Source: Macrostomum lignano (lineage: Eukaryota). Taken from it: a stretch of 64,000 bases of DNA. Below, piece after piece: positions 1 to 8,541 of this stretch. Position 1 is the stretch's first letter, and every line of letters starts with the position of its first letter. Made by a program: the position numbers and the translations under genes. The DNA lies in the NCBI GenBank assembly GCA_002269645.1, contig NIVC01000140.1:62001-126000 (forward strand), written 5' to 3'. The notes under the pieces were generated by a model. That model did no database searches. It saw only the letters and a program-made list of their open reading frames with translations, and was not told the origin of the DNA.

Positions 1-80
1 CTGGAGGATCAGTAGCGGGTAGGCTGGACCTGGAGGATCAGTAGCGGGTAGGCTGGACCTGGAGGATCAGTAGCGGGTGG
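1..80. repeat. 30-bp tandem repeat (about 2.6 copies visible, runs off the window start), in a VWA8 intron
   Basis: Unit CTGGAGGATCAGTAGCGGGTAGGCTGGAC(C) starts at 1, 31 and 61. Confidence 0.9.
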
Positions 81-143
81 GCTGGGCCGTGGGCTGGAAG
101 ATGAGTAGCAATGGCAGAAGTGCATGAAAGCAGCTCAGCCTAC

Positions 144-481
144 CGGAAGTCAGGGGAGCAGCGCAGCAGGCGCCACTCCCGCATGGTGTCGCTGCCGTGC
201 TTGCCCAGCAGAAAGTCGTACCGGCTGGGGTGCATGATGAAGCGGCCATCCTCCAGCTGCACTTCTCTATTCTCAAGCAGGTTGTTCAACACAGGCAGCA
301 CGTTCCGCTCGGCCTTCTCAAGTCCCTCCAAGACCAGCAGGCGGCCCTCCAGCGCAGCCCGCACTGCGCACTCGTCTGCATAGACGGCGCTGCCTGCACG
401 AATCTCGCGACGCTGCTTGAGGTCGGACTCGGTAACGTCACGTGACAGGCTGATGTACTCGACCTCCATGTGAGCGAGCTC
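144..481 (-). CDS. VWA8: VWA8 (von Willebrand factor A domain-containing 8, AAA+ ATPase) internal exon
   Basis: Encodes ELAHMEVEYISLSRDVTESDLKQRREIRAG...GRLLVLEGLEKAERNVLPVLNNLLENREVQLEDGRF...DFR, recognisable as the first AAA module of VWA8. Acceptor ttgcag|GAG at 481; donor CG|gtaggc at 143. Confidence 0.93.
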
Positions 482-555
482 CTGCAATACCAGATGCATC
501 AAATGCAGCTGTGATCTGGAGAAGCAAGCGAGTATTTAGAGACAGCTACACTCAC

Positions 556-630
556 TGAGTACATCAGAGCCAATTGCCGCTTGCTCTTCCCTGGTGGGCC
601 AATCAGGAACACATCCTGTCCCAGCACATC
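556..630 (-). CDS. VWA8: VWA8 internal exon (75 nt, Walker A-like GPPG)
   Basis: tttcag|GAT...TCA|gtgagt; encodes DVLGQDVFLIGPPGKSKRQLALMYS; phase 0 joins the 481 exon across a 74-bp intron. Too short for the ORF track. Confidence 0.9.
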
Positions 631-699
631 CTGAAATTAATCATGAAGAGTTTTGTGTAGAAACCTGCTGCAAATGCATTTCATAGCTCTGGTACATAC

Positions 700-755
700 C
701 TTTTGCAGAATCCATTGCAGGTGCTGGCTCAGAGTGGCAGATAAAGGCTCTGGCA
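700..755 (-). CDS. VWA8: VWA8 internal exon (56 nt)
   Basis: ttttag|TG CCA GAG...CAA AAG|gtatgt; encodes PEPLSATLSQHLQWILQK, matching the VWA8 QHLRWIMQK motif; phase 0 into the 630 exon. Exons further upstream were not located. Confidence 0.85.
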
Positions 756-1617
756 CTAAAAGCATGCAAGACACAGCATATAATAAAGCTCAACACTAAT
801 TAATGAGTATGCTATCAAATATACAATAAAAACTTACAATAGTTAACAGGAATCAAATGTGGCGATTTGCTTTTTCTGATTGTTTTGATGACATTTCCAA
901 TTTTGATGAAGCCTTCAGCCCCTAAAATAGATAATGTTCAAGTTATACCACAATCATAATGGTAATCGGCAACATGACATCAATAGACTAAAAAATAGGC
1001 TACAGCTCACTATCATTATACTAGCTTATTGGCTATCAACTCTAATCAATACCCCTACTGCCAATAGACTAAACTACCCCTACTGCCCTACTGCTAAAGA
1101 TAGACCTTTACATTGTATAGTTTTAGTGTATAGTTTTGAGTGTACCTTAGACAGTAAGGGTTGAACAGTTAGGGTTTAGGGTTGAATTCTTGGCATTCAA
1201 GATAACCATATGCAATGCAGACTCCTATTTGAGACTGATTTGCACCTAGACTGACCTACAAATAAACTTGATCTAGTAGCAAATAACAAATAACAAAGAT
1301 CTAATAACAAATAAACTTGTAACATTGGCTGTTTTTTAATAATAGTTTTTTCCTTTTTGTTGCGAGTTCTTTTGCTTGTCTTGGCATAGAGGAGCATAGA
1401 AAATTAGCTTGAATATAGGGTACTAGGTTGAATTATATTGCAATGGCATTTTGCCTTCTTTCTTGCCAAATATATTTTGCTAGTGTGGGGTAAAAGTTAG
1501 GGTAAAATCAAGATAATTGACAATACATGGTATACATGGTATTAAATATATTTGTCTATTTATATGCCAAAATTTTCCAATGCATAGAGATTTATATCAT
1601 CCTAAGCTTAGAATTAA

Positions 1618-2208
1618 TCATTTTGATGACAAGACATTTTGGTAACAAAAGCAAAAGTAATTTCAATAATAAGAAAAATACCTTTTAATAATAGCCATTG
1701 TAGTTTCAAGTAAAAAAATAATCTTGCCAATCTTAAATGATATGAAACCTAAATTTTTAGAGGTCTACTAAAATTGTAAAATATTTTTTTCATTTAATTT
1801 TATCTACTATTACAGAGTTGTGATCTTTTGTATTTGTAGATTTTCTAAATTCACTGAATATTTACTTGTGTTTTTTGGTAGGCTCTTCTAGATCTTAGTG
1901 TTGGAATTTTTTAAAACAAATGCAAAATGATCTGCATAAAAACAAAACAATTTAATAATTTGAATTTTTCCTAAATATATTATTAATCTTACAAAGGATT
2001 TCTGAAATATACAAAACATAAATCTTAACAAAATAACTACAAACTGATATTATAAAGTGCTTCTTATCATTAAAATAAAACGACCAACTTTTTGAATCTT
2101 CTATTTTTCACTAAACCTAAAGTTTATTTATTATAAAACCAACTAATCACCAACATGACTATTTGTCACAAAAATGTTTATCATTGAAATGACTTGTCAC
2201 CAAAATGA
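1618..2208. mobile_element. Degenerate MITE-like relic with imperfect 32-bp inverted termini
   Basis: 1618-1649 versus the reverse complement of 2177-2208 match 25/32. Both arms are built of a CATTTYRGTGACAA-like subunit. No TSD seen. Confidence 0.4.
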
Positions 2209-3210
2209 CCTGTATCCTTTTAAAATGAGTATTATATTAGTCTAAAAATCGTTAAAACAAAGAAAAAAATATAGTAAAAATGGCCTATCTAAGGGGGCTA
2301 AGACCCCTGGCCTTTAGATTTATCACTGATTAATAAATTTGTCTTTAAAGCTGAATCAAAAGAATATTTAAAGACAAAGAAAAGACATTTCCTTAATAAG
2401 TAATTGAATTATAGAATAGACCTGTCCTAAATTTCTAATTTCTTATCTTATAAAAAAATTTCAATAATAATAATAGTTACGTCCCATGCTAGCCACAGAA
2501 GTGGCCAAAAGGGGGGAGCATCAAATTGCGCATTTCAATAAATATTAATAAATAAAAAGTAAACAGCAGAGTAGAGTAGTAACACTACTAAAAAGAATAA
2601 TGACAAGTATTAGAATAACATAACTCAACAAACTCAACATACCATTCCTCACAATTGACATTTTTGATTAGCCAAGATTTTGTAAAGCACAGTTTGTAAT
2701 TAAAACTTATATATTTTAAATATCCATTAGCTGGAACTAGTCCATCTTTAATTTCTTTAAACTGTTTTAGGGATATTTAAAACTTACTGTCTAAGAGACA
2801 TTGTTACATTAAGATTGATATTTTTTGAGCACGTCGATAAAACTAAGATAATATAAAAAGCCTACTACAATTGTATTATTATCCTCGCTCGCTGCGACTG
2901 CACTAGCAACAAAAGACTAGAAACAGCAAACCAAGTTAACCAACTAAACTTAGTAAAAACAACGCTAGGTAGCCCTCGACGGGGTTGTTAAGTTAAGTAG
3001 GCTCTGATTAAACGGAATAGGAAAAGTAATTGCATTCTAAGAAAAGCAACAAAGCTTGTTAATTTAAATTAATGAGCAAAAGTGAAAACTTTTTTATTTA
3101 TAAATTAAAACAAATAAGAATAATATGGTCGAACAGTTTCATTAAAAAAGAAAGGTTTATGATACTAACAAGCTTTATTATATCTGTTACACATATTGTT
3201 ACAGAGTCAG

Positions 3211-3458
3211 CCAGGGGCTTTGCGCCCCTAAACTTGGTTTTTCGCCCCTACACGCATTTTTGCGTCCCTAAGGCCTAAGCTTCATTTTTCGCCCTCTACA
3301 AGCATTATTTGCGTTCCCAAGCTTCATTTTTCGCGCCCCCCCCCCTATACGCATTTTTTGCGCCCCTAGCTTAAAAATTGGCGCCCCTTATACTCCTCGT
3401 GTTGGCGTCCCAAACTTGGACCGCCCCCCCCCCCAAATGAACTCTAGATCCGCCACTG
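3211..3458. mobile_element. hAT-like non-autonomous element relic
   Basis: Starts CAGGGG and ends CTAGATCCGCCACTG (reverse complement CAGTGGCGGATCTAG, an hAT-style terminus), with internal TTTTTGCGCCCC repeats. GAGTCAGC occurs on both flanks but is offset by 3 nt on the right, so it is not a clean TSD. Confidence 0.4.
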
Positions 3459-3804
3459 CGGGAGTCAGCTAAGAATGATAAAATAGATTCCAATTTTATA
3501 ATAAATACCAATGAGCCGAGCAGTGTGCATTCCATTTTAATGCTGTATATAGGCACAGAACAAGTACGACTGTACGTAGGCTATAAAATTTAAAATCCTA
3601 ATTTTATAAACGAAAAGCTTTATGAATATCTAGTGGTGTCAAAACCAGGAGAGAGAACATGGGGGCGGAGCCCCCCACCTTTTAGCATGATCCTACATAT
3701 GCCCTTTTTGAAGTTTAAATAAGTGTTGGGGTTTTTTGGGCTTTGGCTTTTCTGAGTCTTGGGAGCTAAGGGTACAAGGGCTCCGTTGCTATCCGCACCC
3801 TAGA

Positions 3805-4183
3805 GATTTTTTCCATAAGCGCCAGTGTATTCAGTACACCCCCTGTGCGCCAATCAACACTGTGCCTCAGTGCGGCCTTGCCAAGCCTCCAAATTTGATC
3901 AGCACGTTGACCACATGTGTCTGCATCAGCTCTGACTTCGTTGGTCACTGCCCTTCACCTAGGCGGAGCTTCTGGACCTTCAACAGGTGGCACCATGTGA
4001 CTGTGACCTTGATGCGAATTTCTCGAGTTTCGCTGATCAAGCCTCGACAGTGGGCAAGCCTCTCAACTGTTGGACGTCCTCAGCTGGTCTCTCAAGCATT
4101 CAGCGACGCAGTGCTGAGGTTGCAGTGCTGATTGGCGCACAGGGCCGTGTACTGAATACACTACTAGCCCTTATGGAAAAATC
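3805..4183. repeat. Fold-back (about 380 bp) with 66-70 bp inverted arms
   Basis: 3805-3870 is the reverse complement of 4114-4183 (shared core CAGTGYTGATTGGCGCACAGGG..GTGTACTGAATACACT..CTTATGGAAAAATC) with a few substitutions and indels. Confidence 0.8.
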
Positions 4184-4802
4184 CGACCTGGCAGAATCGT
4201 CGAATATCTCGACGGTCCGGAGGGCTGGCGACTTTATTCTTGTTTGAGAAGGTGCATGCGCAACAAAAAGTTAGCCCATGTTCTTGAATTTGTGTGCTGC
4301 GTCGCGCTGCTCCGCCAAAAAAATTACGCTTTGTATTAGGGGGGATTCCCCCTCTTGGTAGTTCGTAAATGGCTTGGTATTCTTATTGCTTATGTCCACT
4401 TCCAAAACAGAATTGAATATTGGCCTGGTTGTCACAATGTCACAAACTGACATAACAGCAGGAGTTAGGGTGCCCTTAGATTACAAAAATGTATGTGCAA
4501 TGTGCCCTCCTACCAATAGCCCCCCTCCCCACTTTGAAATTATATGTTCTGACTCTGCTGTGAATAAATAGATCGAGAGCTATAAGGAAAGGCGCAACAT
4601 ATCAATAGATGAACATTAAGTCTGCCTTCTATCGAAAGCAATAACAAATTTTGTGTTGAAAATACGAAATTAGTGACCAGCCCGACACAAAGAGACACAG
4701 AGACAATTGGCGAGCAAGGCGAGCAACGCGCGGGAGGCGCACAGCGAAAAAGCGACCTCCAAACCCAAAGCAAGCAAGCGAACAAAAGCAGAAGGCGAGG
4801 AG

Positions 4803-5788
4803 CTAAAACAAAGCAGAGACACCACCGGCAAAAGTCACAGCAGCCTCCGCTGCCTGGTGAAACTGGGGGAGATAACGCTGCACAGCCTCACTTCTCCAGT
4901 CACCAATGCGCATGATATCAGACACTGGGAGGCCTAGCACAGACGCCCAGGTAGCTCCTCCTCGTCGCAGACTGTGCGCGGAGTAAGATCCTGGTCGAAC
5001 GCCGGCTGCGGCAAACTTGTCACGGAGGAAGCAGTCCAGGTGCCTCCCAGTCAGCAGACGCAAGCCGCCACTTCCGTCGGCGTAGGACCAGAGCGGTGAC
5101 TCTGCTGACTTCAACCCGTTGGCGCGGATGTGTCGCTCGACTGCGCTCACAGGGCACAGGGCTGGCTGCCGCGCCAATCTCGGCAGCAGTACCCGGTGAC
5201 TGCGCTCCTTAAACTGGATGGTCTTGCCGAACTCGCAGCGCAACACCAGACCCTTCGGATGCTGAAGCAGGTCGGCGCGCCGAGAAAGGGCCGGGCCTTT
5301 GCCAGTTCGTGGCAGAAGGCTGGACTTTCGCAACATTCCCCACCAGCAGCAGATGGTCGCAGCCCAGCAGGCCAGCTGCAGCCTGTCGGTCTCGTCAACT
5401 AGTCGTCGCATCTCCGTCAGCATTGTAGGTGACACAGGCCGCTTTCGGTTCACGCGCAGTCCGAGGACCCGTTTAGCGCCGCGTAGGAGAAGAACCGCTG
5501 AAGCGTGCTTAGTCAGGTCCGGCGACGAGTTTATTCGAAACCAGAGCGACAGAGAGCTGCAGACTGCCGAGATGCTGCTGTAGGCATGTAGCCGTGTGCC
5601 GATCAGACTGGCCAAATAGTTCAACAGGCTCGTGACGTTGCAGGACACTGGATCGCAGCCGGTATGGCGGCAGAACTCCTGCCACTCACGGATGTGTCTG
5701 TTGACTGCCTGCGCCGACCTCGGTGCGTACGCAGCGCTCAGCAGCGATGTGGCGCGGCTGCTAAGAGAGTCTGACGCAGCTGGGCGGC
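4803..5788 (-). CDS. Tyrosine recombinase of the retroelement
   Basis: Catalytic set intact: MLRKSSLL (R), GKTIQFK (K), HSLRRGGA (HxxR), GDWRS (W), VQRYL (Y). The frame is open upstream of the ORF-track GTG (5648) to about 5850 and includes the N-terminal helix AYAPRSAQAVNRHIREWQEFC. The start is set here at the candidate splice acceptor. Confidence 0.9.
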
Positions 5789-6843
5789 CTGAAAATGAAG
5801 AAAGGAGGCGGTCGCCAAGCCAAAAGCATGCTGATGCAGTGATTGTAGAATGCTAGGACAAATAAAACCATAACAGCGGAGTAAAAAGTTTAACAGCTGG
5901 CCTCGCTCGTGCAACCGCGAGGCAGCGTCAGCAAAAATTTGAAAATCACCAGGCACATGAAACGCGCGAATGCTCATTCCAAAACGCAAACACATCAGAG
6001 CCACAGTCTGCAGCAGCCGCTGCAACGCAGGACACTTTGAAACGCCTTTGTTGATGATGTGACAGGCCGTCTGGTTGTCGCAGTAGATGCTCACCTTGCA
6101 ACCTTTGAGCACATCCCTCCACCTCATCACTGCCAGCAGAGGGGCCAACGCTTCCTTGTAGTTGATCGGCAGGTCAGCGAAGACAGATCCTGCATCCTTC
6201 TCCCAGTCCAGGTAGCACCAGTCAAACAGACCATCCTGGTCACGCAGCAGCGCCGCACCACCTCTGCCGCACGCATCGGATTCCATCGCCACAACTCGAT
6301 CGTAGCTCGGCCACAGCTGCACCCATCGGCACGCCTGCAACGCCACCTTCCACCAGTTTAGCTGACTGCGTAACCCGGAGTCGACCAGCGTTCGCTGTCC
6401 ACGCCGTAAGATGTTGCACCGCTCAATCAGCTCACGCAAGAAGGTCCTTCCGCAACTGATGACCTGCGCTGCCCACCCCAACTTGCCAATGACCTGTTGG
6501 AGGGCCCGCTGACTAAGCCTCACCTTGGCTGACTCGACACCAAGCAGGTTGATCAACTTCCTTGCCTTCTCATCCGGCAGCTTCTTGATTCCTTCCACAG
6601 TGTCGAACTCAATTCCAAGGAATGACATCCGCTGCGCCGGCAGCTGGCACTTGGCCGGATTGACGGTGAAGCCCAGCCGAGTCAGCAAGTCAATCAGATC
6701 GACGTAGAAGCGCTGGCAGTTCTCCTGCGTCCCGCAGTAGGCAAAGTCGTCCAGGTAAGACTCGGTGTTGATGAAGCCTCTACGCACCATCATCAGATGA
6801 ATCGCATTGCTCAGGCGTTGGAAGCACGTGACCGAGGCTGCCG
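5738..6843 (-). CDS. Reverse transcriptase C-terminal part + RNase H (downstream of a 1-nt frameshift)
   Basis: YLDDF, GFTVNPAKC, FLGIEFD; RNase H acidic residues in MESDAC, NYKEAL, YCDNQ and FADAASR. The frame continues upstream as AASVTCFQRLSNAIHL to the GGG run at 6844-6846. Confidence 0.9.
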
Positions 6844-7440
6844 CCCGAACGGCAGTCGCGTATCAAACATGTAGGTGGGAGTGGCGCAGCCAGGAAATTT
6901 GAACTTGAGGCCGGTGTTGACGAAGTCTCCTGGGTGCACTCCACATGCGCGGTATGCTTCACTCAGGTCAACTTTAGTCATGTAGCAGCCTCTCGTTAAC
7001 TTCCTTGCGAAGTTTTCAGCGCTTGAAAACCGCAACTTCTCATTGCTCTCCCAGTGCGCGTTCACCGACAGATTGTCCGGCCGACTGCAATCGTGAATTA
7101 GGCGTACCCGACCGTCATCCTTCGGCAGGGCACCCAGCGCACTCACAATCCGAGGCCGCCACCCATCCGAGCACCGACGGTAGCGGTCAAGGCGAATTTC
7201 TCTCAGAATTTGCATTTGAACAGCTTCAGCGTAAATATTCACAGACTCGTAGTTGCTGACCTCGACAGACTTCAGGTTTTCTCGCTGCACATTCGTAATC
7301 CGAAATCCCTCAGACACACCATCAAGAATAAACTGTTTTCTGTCCAGCGGCAGATCAATCGACTCCAACTCTTCCATCCATGCCTCCAGCTTTAGGTCAG
7401 TTGATAAAACAGAGGAAGTTAAAACAGGATCAACGCGCAG
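6844..7440 (-). CDS. Reverse transcriptase N-terminal part, in frame with gag behind a single TGA
   Basis: LKLEAW...FILDGVSEGFRI, SALGALPKDDGRVRLIHDCS, KVDLSEAYR, DTRLPFG. The open frame begins immediately after the gag stop, 21 codons before the first ATG (7377). Confidence 0.88.
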
Positions 7441-8541
7441 TCAATGCAGAGGCCTGCTGACCTCAGCACCGTCATCCCTGTGCGCCATCGCTGCTGAGTG
7501 GCCAAGTCCACAACGCCGGCACCGATGAGCGAAACGGCAGTTCCGCCTTGAGCATCCAGATTCCTTGTTGAAATCAAAGCAGGGTGGCTGCAGGCTTTGT
7601 CTTGGCCCCCGGTCAACTCTGGCAGTCGGTGCACTCTGTGGGGCCATCAGATAGGTGGCAACTCGGCCAAGGTCAGATCCGCGCGACTCCCATGACGTCT
7701 CACCATCTTCACTCAGTCTGCACTCGTCATCAAACCTCATGACTCGAGCCTTGTCGAACCCGAGGTCAAACAGCTCGCCAATGCGCGCAGTGTAGCGCAG
7801 GTAGTCTCGCAACTCTGACACATCAGGCTGGCCGCCCAGCCCGCTCTTCACCAACCTGCCATCATCCAGCAACTTCAGCATGATTCGAGCATTCGCCGAG
7901 ATCCAGTCTCCAAACGTCAGCGAGTCAACAACAGCTTCCTTCACTCTGAAGGTGACTCTCCCTGATTTGTCAATGGACTGAGTCACTCCTGCCTCCTGCT
8001 GCTTTCGCTTGTTAATAAACTCAGGGATTCGGTACACCTTGCCTACAGACCGACTGGGCTCTTGCTGGGCAGCATCTTCATCGTCAGACCACAGGTTAAT
8101 GAGCAACTCACCGGGATTCTTTGACGTCGCAGGCCTTCGCTGAAGTTGGCTGACTTCCGCCTGAAGCAGAGCGGCCTCCTTGCGTAGCTTTAGCAGTCGG
8201 AGCTGCTTCTCAGCCTCCACCAGCTCGTCGTCCAGGCCGCCAGCCGCGTCAGACTCTTGACCATGTTGTACCGACTCGTTCGCGATAAAAGGCAGTTGCC
8301 TCTCCGCCGTAGCGCCGTTTCTTCTTTCACGCGTCGTCACTGTGGCAGCTTCATCTTGCTCCTCGTCCTCGTCGTCTGCATTCTCAAGATCGGAGGCGAT
8401 GCCCTCGAGGTGCGCCCTCAGCCGCATTAAAAGTTCACATTTTCTGCCTTGTGTTGAAAGCCCTAGGCTCTGAAGCTTCTCACGTAGCGCCCTTACAGTG
8501 CTAGGCGCTTCGGATGCAACTGGCTCGTTAGGGTTTGGCAT
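7441..8541 (-). CDS. Gag-like protein (366 aa): N-terminal SAP-like motif, coiled coil, C-terminal Cys/His fingers
   Basis: ATG at 8541 with A at -3. TVRALREKLQSLGLSTQGRKCELLMRL fits a SAP motif. C-terminal CFDFNKESGCSRRNCRFAHRCRRCGLGH resembles the fingers of DIRS/Ngaro gag. Confidence 0.82.
   Translation of the reverse strand: MPNPNEPVASEAPSTVRALREKLQSLGLSTQGRKCELLMRLRAHLEGIASDLENADDEDEEQDEAATVTTRERRNGATAERQLPFIANESVQHGQESDAAGGLDDELVEAEKQLRLLKLRKEAALLQAEVSQLQRRPATSKNPGELLINLWSDDEDAAQQEPSRSVGKVYRIPEFINKRKQQEAGVTQSIDKSGRVTFRVKEAVVDSLTFGDWISANARIMLKLLDDGRLVKSGLGGQPDVSELRDYLRYTARIGELFDLGFDKARVMRFDDECRLSEDGETSWESRGSDLGRVATYLMAPQSAPTARVDRGPRQSLQPPCFDFNKESGCSRRNCRFAHRCRRCGLGHSAAMAHRDDGAEVSRPLH

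Noticed and set aside
4540-4800. Possible extra ORF (SGNH hydrolase or methyltransferase) 3' of the recombinase
   Set aside because: Only short ORFs without GDS or methyltransferase motifs.
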